Assembly (NCBI GenBank): GCA_039934415.1
Contig: JBDTME010000002.1
Coordinates: 14,351-78,350 of the forward strand
Direction of reading: 5' to 3'
DNA length: 64,000 nucleotides
From: Patescibacteria group bacterium
GTDB taxonomy: Bacteria; Patescibacteriota; Microgenomatia; UBA1400; PJMF01
Part shown: positions 1-8,978 of the stretch, piece by piece
Position numbering within the stretch: the first letter of the stretch is position 1
Layout of the letters: every line of letters starts with the position of its first letter
Program-made: the position numbers and the translations under genes
The notes under the pieces: model-generated
The model's input: only the letters and a program-made list of their open reading frames with translations
What the model was told of the DNA's origin: nothing
Databases searched by the model: none

Positions 1-210
1 AACCCCATGCTAAACAGAAATTTCTTCAGAAATCCCTCATATGCTTTAGACATGGGGAAAAGTACAAAAGAATAATCAGGAAAACTGGATGATAATTTTT
101 TTTCGCGCTCTAACAACTCAAGGGAAAGTAAAATTTGACGCTGTTGATCTGGCTCTAAAGACCCAAACCAAGCAGATGAGGTGACATTTTGGATGGTCAT
201 GATTCGAATG

Positions 211-1035
211 TTATTTTAAAAACGGCATGCCGGTTTTAATATTGTACTTCGCCGCAGCACTTTTTCCTTGAATCACAAAACCTAAAAATCTTCTATTTTC
301 TATACCAGAGCTTCCCACTATCAAACCAGTCTCTCCGTTAGGAACATCTTTTAACCGTTGATAGCACATAACTTCTCCAAACTGCGTCTGAATCTTCTTA
401 CCGGCTTCATGACCGACATCTTCAGGGAAGAGTGAAGTGACACAGTTACCAAAATTATCCACCCACCAAATACAATCGGGCATATCCTCAATTTGATCTA
501 TTGAGAGCGTTTCACTAGGAATTGCTATTCCATCGAATAACCACTTGGCCACTCGAGGAATGAATTCATAGCTTCTAAATTGGCTATCAACGACTAGTCT
601 ACGGTAGGTCTTATCAAAATGACCTTGCTCGATCATAGCGTCAATAACAGTTGGAATATCCATTAATTGGACAGAGTCAACCAATTTCATTTTCTTGATT
701 AACGATAGACTGTACCCATCAATCGTCGAGATAATGAGTGTCTTTTTGTAATAAAAGTAACAAAATGGAGTACCATTTGGCCACTTTTTGCCTTTACCAT
801 GTCGATTTGCGACATTGACAAGAATGACGCCTTCACTACTATTACTAGCATCCAGTGTGTCGATTAAATTCCCAGCGGCTTCAATCTCACCACTGCCCAG
901 GGTACCAAAATCACTGACACCTAAGGTCGAAACAGATGCACCAAATAAACTAGCTACTCGAGTAGCTTGTCGATTCATCGCATTTTGATCATTACAATCA
1001 TTGATGATAGAAACGAACATAGGTCTCCCGTTCAT
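211..1035 (-). CDS. SAM hydroxide adenosyltransferase-like protein (DUF62 family), tentative
   Basis: 274-aa ORF. The C-terminal block IWWVDNFGNCVTSLF resembles the hFGNlitN motif of DUF62 SAM hydrolases; the N-terminal block is divergent (INDCND instead of LTDFG). Divergently oriented to the PBP gene. Confidence 0.4.
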   Translation of the reverse strand: MNGRPMFVSIINDCNDQNAMNRQATRVASLFGASVSTLGVSDFGTLGSGEIEAAGNLIDTLDASNSSEGVILVNVANRHGKGKKWPNGTPFCYFYYKKTLIISTIDGYSLSLIKKMKLVDSVQLMDIPTVIDAMIEQGHFDKTYRRLVVDSQFRSYEFIPRVAKWLFDGIAIPSETLSIDQIEDMPDCIWWVDNFGNCVTSLFPEDVGHEAGKKIQTQFGEVMCYQRLKDVPNGETGLIVGSSGIENRRFLGFVIQGKSAAAKYNIKTGMPFLK

Positions 1036-1127
1036 TTAATTTGAGAAGAAAAACAAAAACAAGAGGTTATGATAGCATATGTGATCGAGAAAATAAATCG
1101 AAAGAACATCAAGTACGAGCACAATCC

Positions 1128-1164
1128 TCCTCTCCTGCACATTTGCCTTCAAAAAAGCTATAAT
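1128..1164 (+). promoter_or_regulatory. putative sigma70-type promoter in the divergent intergenic region upstream of PBP gene
   Basis: Consensus -10 TATAAT at about 1159-1164. No good -35 at 17-bp spacing (TTGCCT lies only 9 nt upstream). The ATG at 1196 is preceded by the RBS GGAAGG. Confidence 0.25.
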
Positions 1165-1195
1165 CAGTAGGTACCTTTTTCGGAAGGTTTTTTGT

Positions 1196-3574
1196 ATGTT
1201 TAGTAAATTAAAACCAAAAACCAAGAAACATAAAAAGTCAGTTCCTAAAAAAAGAATCCTTTGGAAACGGATTCCTAAAGGAGTGAAATTATTTACAGTG
1301 GGAATGACAGTAGCAGTGATGTTGGCTCTGGTCTTCTTCTTATACTCTATCTTTAAAGACCTGCCTTCTCCCAAAAATTTGAACTCTCCAAATAGCTTTG
1401 CAGTCAGTAGTGAGATTTATGATCGAAATGGCACCTTGCTGTATCAAATTTTTGCGGACGAAAACCGCACCCCAATCAAGCTCAAGGACTTACCACCGTA
1501 CGTGTACCAAGCGTCAATTTCAATTGAAGATAAAAGTTTTTATAAACATTTTGGTTTTGATTTTCTGGGCATGATTCGGGCTGTTCGCAATACTTTCTTT
1601 AATCAGTCTTTGCAAGGTGGTTCCACTATTACACAGCAACTTGTTAAAAATGTGTTACTGACTAAAGACCGTACTTTAAAACGTAAAATCAAAGAAGCAA
1701 TCCTGACTGTTGCGACCGAAGCCTTGTATTCTAAAGATCAAATTCTGGAGATGTATTTAAATGACATTCCATATGGTGGAACTTCCTACGGAGTTGAAGC
1801 AGCTTCAAAGGCGTATTTTAATAAGAGTGCCAAAGACTTAACGATTGGGGAAGCAGCTTTACTAGCAGGTCTTCCTCAAGCTCCTTCCCGTTATTCTCCA
1901 TTCCAAAGTGATCCTAAAAACTCAAGGAACCGCCAAGCAGAAGTGTTACGCAGAATGCGCGAAGATGGTTACATCACGACAGAACAGGAAACTCACGCGA
2001 ATACCGAAGAACTTCACTTTGCTTTATCACGAACAAATATTAAAGCACCTCATTTTGTTTTCTATGTCAAAGATCAATTGATTCAAAAATACGGAGAGGA
2101 TGTGGTCGAAAAAGGCGGACTGCGTGTCAGAACAAGTTTAGATCTCGGCTTACAAGAAGTAGCGCAAGCCTCTCTCTCTGCAGAAGTCGATAAATTGGCC
2201 AGGGCTAAGGTTTCCAATGGCGCAGCCATGATCACCAAACCAGATACAGGTGAAATTTTATCTATGATTGGGTCAAAGGATTATTTTGATGCAACTTCGG
2301 ACGGTCAAGTCAATGTAACAATTGAGCAACGTCAACCAGGTTCATCAATCAAACCAATTGATTTAGCCGTCTCTTTTGAAGATCGAAAACAAACCCCAGC
2401 GACAATGATTTTAGACATTCCAACTTGCTTCGTGAATGCAGGCCAAGCTTTGTATTGTCCTCAAAACTATGATCATAGTTTCCATGGACCGGTTCAGCAA
2501 CGCTTTGCCATCGGCAATTCGTACAACATTCCTGCTGTCAAAACGCTGTATATCAATGGCGTGGCTCATTTTATCGACATGGCCAAGAGGTTTGGAATTA
2601 CTACATGGGGCGATGCAAGTAATTATGGAATTTCACTCGGACTAGGCGCGGGAGAGGTTCGCATGAGTGAAATGGCCGAAGCATATGGCACTATTGCTAA
2701 TCAAGGCGTTCATGTTCCTTTGCTTTCTATTTTAGAAGTAAAAGATTATCAGGGAAAAGTGTTGGAAGATAATAGCGTGGCAAAACGGAAAGTGGACTTA
2801 CAGCAGATGACTGATGATGAATCGATTGAGGAGCTTGACGATTTGACCCGAGCTATTCACCGGGCACCCAGTTACTTGATTAGTCATATTATGCTTGATA
2901 ATAATGCTCGTACGGGCGCATTCGGCTCTAACTCAAAGTTGATTATTAAAGATCAAGTAGTCAGTGTCAAAACGGGTACGACAAATAACATTAAAGATAA
3001 CTGGACAGTTGGCTTTACTCCAGAATTTTTAACGATCACTTGGGTTGGCAATAATGACAACACATCCATGAATCAAAACTTGGTGTCCGGCGTCACTGGG
3101 GCAGCTCCCATTTGGAACGATATTATGACGTACGTATTGAAAGATCAAAAACCTCTCCCACCAGTTCAACCAGGGGATGTGGTTGCAGCACAAGTGTGTA
3201 CTATGAGTGGCTTACTTCCCAATCTTGAGAGTCCTTGTTCCACTAGAACTGAGTATTTCTGGGAAGGAACCGAACCAACTGCCATTGAAAACATTTCCAA
3301 AGAAATTTGGATTGACCCTACGACAGGCTTGCCACCAACTTTCGGTCAATCTTGGGAAGGCCTAGATCTCCAGCTCCAACGTCACACTGTTTTGTCAGAC
3401 CCATTCACTACAGACTATTGTTTGGATTGTACTCGAACCGTCGATGACAAAGGCAAAGTACAGTACGAAAGATACTCCATACCTGGCAATTTTGACCCAT
3501 CAGCCTTTAATCCAAACGATCCTAATGAACAAGTAGGACAACCTGGTCAACCCACTCCGACTCCAGCTCCGTAA
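1196..3574 (+). CDS. class A penicillin-binding protein (bifunctional transglycosylase/transpeptidase, PBP1A family)
   Basis: 792 aa with an N-terminal TM segment. GT51 motifs IEDKSFYKHFGF and GGSTITQQLVKN. Transpeptidase motifs SSIKP (SxxK) and KTGTTN. Pro/Thr-rich C-terminal tail. Confidence 0.9.
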   Translation: MFSKLKPKTKKHKKSVPKKRILWKRIPKGVKLFTVGMTVAVMLALVFFLYSIFKDLPSPKNLNSPNSFAVSSEIYDRNGTLLYQIFADENRTPIKLKDLPPYVYQASISIEDKSFYKHFGFDFLGMIRAVRNTFFNQSLQGGSTITQQLVKNVLLTKDRTLKRKIKEAILTVATEALYSKDQILEMYLNDIPYGGTSYGVEAASKAYFNKSAKDLTIGEAALLAGLPQAPSRYSPFQSDPKNSRNRQAEVLRRMREDGYITTEQETHANTEELHFALSRTNIKAPHFVFYVKDQLIQKYGEDVVEKGGLRVRTSLDLGLQEVAQASLSAEVDKLARAKVSNGAAMITKPDTGEILSMIGSKDYFDATSDGQVNVTIEQRQPGSSIKPIDLAVSFEDRKQTPATMILDIPTCFVNAGQALYCPQNYDHSFHGPVQQRFAIGNSYNIPAVKTLYINGVAHFIDMAKRFGITTWGDASNYGISLGLGAGEVRMSEMAEAYGTIANQGVHVPLLSILEVKDYQGKVLEDNSVAKRKVDLQQMTDDESIEELDDLTRAIHRAPSYLISHIMLDNNARTGAFGSNSKLIIKDQVVSVKTGTTNNIKDNWTVGFTPEFLTITWVGNNDNTSMNQNLVSGVTGAAPIWNDIMTYVLKDQKPLPPVQPGDVVAAQVCTMSGLLPNLESPCSTRTEYFWEGTEPTAIENISKEIWIDPTTGLPPTFGQSWEGLDLQLQRHTVLSDPFTTDYCLDCTRTVDDKGKVQYERYSIPGNFDPSAFNPNDPNEQVGQPGQPTPTPAP

Positions 3575-3769
3575 ATAACTTGAAATAGAAGCCTACTTTC
3601 CTTCTTTTATCTTTCTTGTTGAAGTGTTATTGCTTACTTTAGCTATCTCTTGTGCCATCCTTTTTGCATTCTTCCTCCTCAAACGTAAGAAGTCGTAACT
3701 CTCCTCGAAATACTTTCCTTAATTAAAGTGGTGATTAAATCAATTCTATTTACGAAAGATTTCTCAACT

Positions 3770-3805
3770 TCGCTGCTTTCCTTTCCTAAATTTCCTCTAT
3801 ATAAT
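3770..3805 (+). promoter_or_regulatory. putative promoter for second PBP gene, possibly giving a near-leaderless transcript
   Basis: TATAAT at about 3800-3805, only 7 nt before the ATG at 3813. No obvious Shine-Dalgarno sequence. Confidence 0.2.
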
Positions 3806-3812
3806 CCAGCCG

Positions 3813-6230
3813 ATGAAAACACGAAGAGTTATAGAATATTTTCAAACTGTTGGAAGGCCAGCTTACTACGCAGTTGCGTTTTGTTGGATCGCATATTTAA
3901 CGCTCCTTCTCAAAATAGAGCTCACATTTAGACCAGCACTTCACCTTGTCCTCAATCGTCTATCCGCTACATATACATACCTTTTCAGTCCATCTTTCAC
4001 TCAGAAAATAACCAAGCAGTTGCAGTCACTTTCATCAACAAAAGTAAGAGTTAAAAAAGCCTGGCCACTGCTCATCTTCTTGAAAAATGTCGGTGTGTTT
4101 TTCATTAAAAGTGTACTTACGCCGTTTTGGCTCTTAGAAAAAATTGTCCTGCTTCCTTTCCGGCTCCTACCCAGACGACCTCTCCTTCGTTTCTTGGCAG
4201 TTTCGTCAGTTTTTCTGTTGATATTGTCTGGACTAAGTTGGTGGGGATACATTTATATCTTTAAAGATCTGCCCTCACCCAAAGAGTTAACTAACCGTGA
4301 TCAAATTCTGACCACCAAAATCTATGACCGAACAGGCAAAGAGCTGTACAGCATTTATAAAGACGAAAATAGAAGATTGATTAAACTAAGCGACCTTCCT
4401 CCTCAGGTTATCCAAGCTACGTTGGCCATCGAGGATGCCGGCTTCTACAGCCATGCTGGATTCTCAATCAAAGGAATCTTGAGAGCAGCCAAAATCAATT
4501 TAACAGAAGATAAAGTCCAAGGTGGTTCTACTATTACTCAGCAGCTTGTCAAAAATACTCTCCTTACTTCAGAAAAAAAATTCCGCCGCAAGATCAGAGA
4601 GTTATTTTTGGCAATTGCTGTAGATGCCAATTATGAGAAAAATGAGATTCTGGAGATGTATTTTAATCAAATTCCATACGGAGGTTCGACATACGGAATC
4701 GAAGAAGCATCCGAAAAATATTTAGGTAAACATGCTAAAGATTTGACACTCGCAGAAGCAGCCCTCTTGGCCGGTATTCCCGCTTCGCCAACAGCCTATT
4801 CACCATTCAGTTCTACTCCTGAACTCGCCATTGATCGCCAACATGAAGTCCTGGCTCGCATGGTTAAAGAAGGCTATATCACTCCTGAACAATCTCAAAA
4901 AGCGATGGCTGAACCAATAAAGCTCGTGGAGAATCGTAATAGAATTGAAGCGCCTCACTTCGTGATGTATGTCCGCTCACTTTTGGCTGAAAAATTTGGC
5001 GAGGCTATGGTGTCGCAAGGTGGATTAGAGGTCTACACAACCCTTGATCTCGACACACAAAACCAAGCACAAGAAATCGTCACGAACGAAGTCAAAGACA
5101 TCAAGAAATTTCACATTACCAATGGTGCAGCCTTACTTACCCAACCTAGTGACGGTGAAATCCTCGCCATGGTAGGAAGTATTGATTACTTTGATCTGAA
5201 AAATGACGGCCAAGTCAACTTAACTGACCGACTCAGACAACCTGGGTCTTCCATCAAACCCCTTACCTACGCTATAGCACTCGAAAATGGATACACACCG
5301 TCAACTACAATTGCTGATGAGCCAATCACTTTCCAAATTCCAGGCAGTGCTCCATATTCACCAAAAAACTATGATGGGAAATTTCATGGCGCTGTCACTG
5401 TACGCCAAGCATTAGCAAGTTCCTACAACATTCCTGCTGTCAAAACACTAAACGCAATTGGTATCAACAGAATGATTGATAAAGCTCAGGAAATGGGTAT
5501 TAGTACTTGGCAAGATCGAAGTCGTTTCGGCCTTTCGTTAACATTGGGCGGCGGTGAAGTCTATATGACAGATATGGCCCAGATGTACGGAACATTTGCG
5601 AACATGGGGTATACCGTGCCTCTCAATCCACTTTTATTAGTTAAAGATTCCAAAGGAAACGTTCTATACGAGAATGAATGTGTAAGAGATGCCAGTAAAT
5701 GTGCAAGAAAGCGAACATTAGACCCTCGAGTAGCTTATCAAATCACTGACATGCTCTCTGATAACAATGCCCGTTCATCTGCATTCGGTCTCAACTCAGT
5801 TTTAAACATTCCAGGACAGCAAGTCGCCGTTAAAACTGGCACAACAAACAACCTAAAGGATAACTGGACGATCGGCTATACGACCGATCGACTCGTTGCA
5901 ACCTGGGTCGGCAACAACGATGGCACACCAATGAGTTATGTGGCTTCAGGAATTACTGGTGCTTCACCAATGTGGAATAAAATTATGAGAACCCAATTAA
6001 ACTCAGATTCACCAAACACCTTTAGTCTCCCTTCAGATTTGAAAAAAGTAGCCGTCTGCGTCAAAACTGGTACCTTGCCTTGTGGTGGTTGTCCTAATGT
6101 CAAAGAAGAGTACTTTATCCCTGGAACAGAACCTCAGAAAGCTTGCTCTCCAGAACAGTTTAAACCCAAAGAACAAAAAGATTCTAAAAATCCGACAGAA
6201 ATTAATTTGGATACACCAAACCCTCAATAA
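3813..6230 (+). CDS. class A penicillin-binding protein, tandem paralog with N-terminal extension
   Basis: 805 aa. GT51 motifs IEDAGFYSHAGF and GGSTITQQLVKN; transpeptidase SSIKP and KTGTTN. About 55 percent identical by eye to the upstream PBP over the transglycosylase domain. Has an extra hydrophobic N-terminal region of about 100 aa with no internal Met, so the true start may be a non-ATG codon such as the TTG near 4019. Confidence 0.85.
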   Translation: MKTRRVIEYFQTVGRPAYYAVAFCWIAYLTLLLKIELTFRPALHLVLNRLSATYTYLFSPSFTQKITKQLQSLSSTKVRVKKAWPLLIFLKNVGVFFIKSVLTPFWLLEKIVLLPFRLLPRRPLLRFLAVSSVFLLILSGLSWWGYIYIFKDLPSPKELTNRDQILTTKIYDRTGKELYSIYKDENRRLIKLSDLPPQVIQATLAIEDAGFYSHAGFSIKGILRAAKINLTEDKVQGGSTITQQLVKNTLLTSEKKFRRKIRELFLAIAVDANYEKNEILEMYFNQIPYGGSTYGIEEASEKYLGKHAKDLTLAEAALLAGIPASPTAYSPFSSTPELAIDRQHEVLARMVKEGYITPEQSQKAMAEPIKLVENRNRIEAPHFVMYVRSLLAEKFGEAMVSQGGLEVYTTLDLDTQNQAQEIVTNEVKDIKKFHITNGAALLTQPSDGEILAMVGSIDYFDLKNDGQVNLTDRLRQPGSSIKPLTYAIALENGYTPSTTIADEPITFQIPGSAPYSPKNYDGKFHGAVTVRQALASSYNIPAVKTLNAIGINRMIDKAQEMGISTWQDRSRFGLSLTLGGGEVYMTDMAQMYGTFANMGYTVPLNPLLLVKDSKGNVLYENECVRDASKCARKRTLDPRVAYQITDMLSDNNARSSAFGLNSVLNIPGQQVAVKTGTTNNLKDNWTIGYTTDRLVATWVGNNDGTPMSYVASGITGASPMWNKIMRTQLNSDSPNTFSLPSDLKKVAVCVKTGTLPCGGCPNVKEEYFIPGTEPQKACSPEQFKPKEQKDSKNPTEINLDTPNPQ

Positions 6231-6244
6231 AACGGGAATTTGGT

Positions 6245-6439
6245 CTATTTTTGAAGAAAACGAAGTATTATTGCAGCGATAACGGTCAGTAGCAGTAAAA
6301 TAACACCCCAATACCGACCTTTTTTTTCTTTCTCTTCCTTTGTTTCTCTTTTCTTTTTCGGCTCTTTTTCAAGGAGATCATTATCGTGCATCTTCACTTT
6401 AACCGGTTTTTCTGAACTCGAATGTGACAGGTGCTTCAT
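6245..6439 (-). CDS. small lysine-rich membrane protein, hypothetical
   Basis: 64 aa with a C-terminal TM helix. Its start overlaps the cmk stop by 4 nt, consistent with translational coupling. Confidence 0.3.
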   Translation of the reverse strand: MKHLSHSSSEKPVKVKMHDNDLLEKEPKKKRETKEEKEKKGRYWGVILLLLTVIAAIILRFLQK

Positions 6440-7143
6440 TTTTGTCTCGTCAAATGTTCTCGAGTAACTTTGACTCTCGCTTCAATAGAATCAACTACTT
6501 TTTCAATTTCTAAATCGCTGGTATCTAATACCCAAGCGTCAGACGTAATATGCAGAGGATCAACTTCTCTTTGCATATCTCTCTGGTCTCTTTCTAATAA
6601 ATCTTTGTAGACTGATTCAAACTCCACATCCTGACCACGAGTCTGCAACTCTTGATATCGCCGTTTCGCTCGAACAATATCTGATGCCGTCAGGAAAACT
6701 TTTAACTCTGCCTCTGGTAATACTCTAAAAGTAATATCTCTGCCTTCCATCACTACACTCTGGGTTTGAGCAATTTTCTGCTGTTGTTTGACTAACGCGG
6801 CACGAACTTTGGGAAACTGGGCAACTTTTGAAGCTCCAACACTGATTTGCTCTGTCCGTATCTTCCAAGACACATCTTCTCCATTAAGGATGACCGTAGT
6901 CAATCTACCATCCTTCTCTGCTTCGGTGGGATTCTGCATGTCCATCGTGCTTTTTTCAATGAGTTTACACAACGCCACTTCATCTTCTAAATTCACTTTC
7001 GCCTCTAGAGCAAGGTAGGCTACCATTCGGTACATCGCACCCGTATCGACATACAAAAAATTCAATCTATTTGCTACTAAACGAGCCACTGTACCTTTAC
7101 CGGCAGCGACTGGTCCATCCATTGCGATACGAAATACAGACAT
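6436..7143 (-). CDS. cmk: cytidylate kinase
   Basis: P-loop MDGPVAAGKGTVAR and conserved YVDTGAMYR block; 235 aa. Confidence 0.9.
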   Translation of the reverse strand: MSVFRIAMDGPVAAGKGTVARLVANRLNFLYVDTGAMYRMVAYLALEAKVNLEDEVALCKLIEKSTMDMQNPTEAEKDGRLTTVILNGEDVSWKIRTEQISVGASKVAQFPKVRAALVKQQQKIAQTQSVVMEGRDITFRVLPEAELKVFLTASDIVRAKRRYQELQTRGQDVEFESVYKDLLERDQRDMQREVDPLHITSDAWVLDTSDLEIEKVVDSIEARVKVTREHLTRQK

Positions 7144-7215
7144 AATTTCCTTATCTCACTAGAAGTCTAATGCCAAGATGATAAACAATTCAATTGGGAA
7201 AATCTAGAGAACAGA

Positions 7216-7428
7216 TTATTTCTTTTTCTTTGATGAACGGCCATGAGGAATAAGTTTTCTCTTTTCAGGATCAACACAAATCAATCCCACCAATCCAGCG
7301 ACTACCAACACGACAGGCCAGATCGCCATCACACTATTGGGAATCACACCCATGTTTCCTAATAACAATATCACACCAACAAAAATCACAGTCACAGCTA
7401 TTAACAGCGTCATTGATTTGGGCAGCAT
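7216..7428 (-). CDS. small two-TM membrane protein, hypothetical
   Basis: 70 aa, two hydrophobic helices and a basic C-terminal tail. Confidence 0.3.
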   Translation of the reverse strand: MLPKSMTLLIAVTVIFVGVILLLGNMGVIPNSVMAIWPVVLVVAGLVGLICVDPEKRKLIPHGRSSKKKK

Positions 7429-7512
7429 AAATTCCTTTCAAATATCTCTTTACTCATTATGGGAAATTCAGAGTGAAAAATCAACTGCAAAAAGTTATAA
7501 CATTCTGGAAAC

Positions 7513-8433
7513 TCACAAATATTTTTTGAGAACATCTGCCGATTTCCTTAAATTGTCTTGTTCTGATTCGTTTAGTGATAGCCTTAATTGTCGTTCTACC
7601 CCTCGAGCACCGATAATACATGGAATGCTCAGTGAAACTTGTGACACTCCATAGAAATCTTGCACTGGTACTGATGCTGGTAGAACGGTCTTGGCGTCAT
7701 TAAAAATGACGTGAGAAATTTTACGAATTACTGTTGCAATTGCATAGTAAGTCGAACCTTTGGCTTCGATAATTTTAGCCGCAGCAGAACGAGCAGATTG
7801 AAAGGCTTGCATAGCTTTTTCCGGAGAATATTCTGGAAAAGTGCTCAAGAGTTGCCCACCTACGCTGGCAGAAGATAAAACTGGAAAAGAACTCTCTCCA
7901 TGCTCACCAAGAATATAAGCATGAATACTGCGGGCACTCACATTTAATAATTCAGACAAATGAAATCGAAAACGCGCTGTATCAAGCATGGTGCCAGTAC
8001 CAAAAACTTGCCCTTCAGGAAGTCTCGCAAGCTCTACAGCTCGATAGGTTAAAATATCGACAGGATTAGCCACAATTACAATTGTCGCAAGCGGAGCTGC
8101 AGCTACAATTTTGGGAATAATCTCTTCAATAATTGCTAAATTTTTCTGAACTAAATCGAGTCTAGTCTCACCCACTTGTTGCGCGACACCTGCTGTGACT
8201 ACCACAAATTGAGAACCGGCAATCAAACCATAATCATCAGTCGCAGTAATCTCAGTAGATTGTAAGAATGGAATCGAATGTTCCAAATCCAACTGCTCAC
8301 CAATCAATTTGTTAACGTCACGAGACACCAATACGATATCTGTCGCCAGCCCATCAAGCAGCAATGCATACGCCGCCGTGACACCTACATGACCACCACC
8401 AACGATTGAAACTTTAAAGGTACATTTTGCCAT
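7513..8433 (-). CDS. ldh: L-lactate dehydrogenase (LDH/MDH family)
   Basis: Rossmann motif VSIVGGGHVG and active-site block ILGEHGES. Gln at the substrate-specificity position (VAQQVGETR) favours lactate over malate. Confidence 0.8.
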   Translation of the reverse strand: MAKCTFKVSIVGGGHVGVTAAYALLLDGLATDIVLVSRDVNKLIGEQLDLEHSIPFLQSTEITATDDYGLIAGSQFVVVTAGVAQQVGETRLDLVQKNLAIIEEIIPKIVAAAPLATIVIVANPVDILTYRAVELARLPEGQVFGTGTMLDTARFRFHLSELLNVSARSIHAYILGEHGESSFPVLSSASVGGQLLSTFPEYSPEKAMQAFQSARSAAAKIIEAKGSTYYAIATVIRKISHVIFNDAKTVLPASVPVQDFYGVSQVSLSIPCIIGARGVERQLRLSLNESEQDNLRKSADVLKKYL

Positions 8434-8465
8434 ATCTAATTACTTATATACCCTTTTTTCTCTCT

Positions 8466-8933
8466 CTACCATGCTTTGCCTCGTTTTAAATCTCGGGCTG
8501 TTTCTCTTTTAATATCTCGTTCCTTCAACTCTTTACGTCGATCGTAAAGTTTCTTTCCTTTAGCTATGGCGAAATTTAACTTTATTTGATTGTGAGCTAA
8601 CTCGAATGATAACGGAATTAAAGCTTTTCCTTTGAGACTAGACGCTTCAATCAATGCAAAAATCTCTCTTTTTCTGAGCAGCAATTTTCGAGATCGCTTA
8701 GGGTCATACTCTTTATTATCGGAGAATTTATACGGTGAAATTTGGGCACCCACCAAGAAGAGTTCATTACCAACTGGTTTGACAAAACTACCGTGCAAAC
8801 TTCCATTCTTGTTACGAATACTTTTAACCTCTGCACCCGACAAAACGATACCTGCTTGATAGGTTTCTATAATTTCGTACTCAGCTCGGGCTTTTCGGTA
8901 TTCGATCAGAATCATGAGGTGATTATATCGCAT
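8466..8933 (-). CDS. smpB: SsrA-binding protein SmpB
   Basis: Conserved AGIVLSGAEVKSIR and LVGAQISPY blocks and a basic C-terminal tail. Start moved to an internal Met (MRYNHL) to match the usual SmpB length; the ORF-track start is 8963. Confidence 0.85.
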   Translation of the reverse strand: MRYNHLMILIEYRKARAEYEIIETYQAGIVLSGAEVKSIRNKNGSLHGSFVKPVGNELFLVGAQISPYKFSDNKEYDPKRSRKLLLRKREIFALIEASSLKGKALIPLSFELAHNQIKLNFAIAKGKKLYDRRKELKERDIKRETARDLKRGKAW

Positions 8934-8978
8934 GCGCTTGATTCGCACATCGCAGTTACACAAAATCTCTATGATCTC

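Noticed and set aside
1-210. Possible partial gene at the window edge
   Set aside because: No ORF of 60 aa or more and no recognisable motif; cannot be supported.
788-988. 66-aa +strand ORF inside the DUF62-like gene
   Set aside because: Fully embedded antisense in a longer ORF with family-like motifs; no RBS.
1144-1164. TTGCCT...TATAAT as a sigma70 promoter
   Set aside because: Spacer is only 9 nt, so only the -10 element is credited, at low confidence.
1036-1374. 112-aa reverse-strand ORF overlapping the PBP1A start
   Set aside because: Overlaps the promoter and start region of a confidently identified gene; low-complexity hydrophobic translation.
3728-3931. 67-aa ORF overlapping the start of the second PBP
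   Set aside because: Different frame across the PBP N-terminus; more likely the PBP uses this region.
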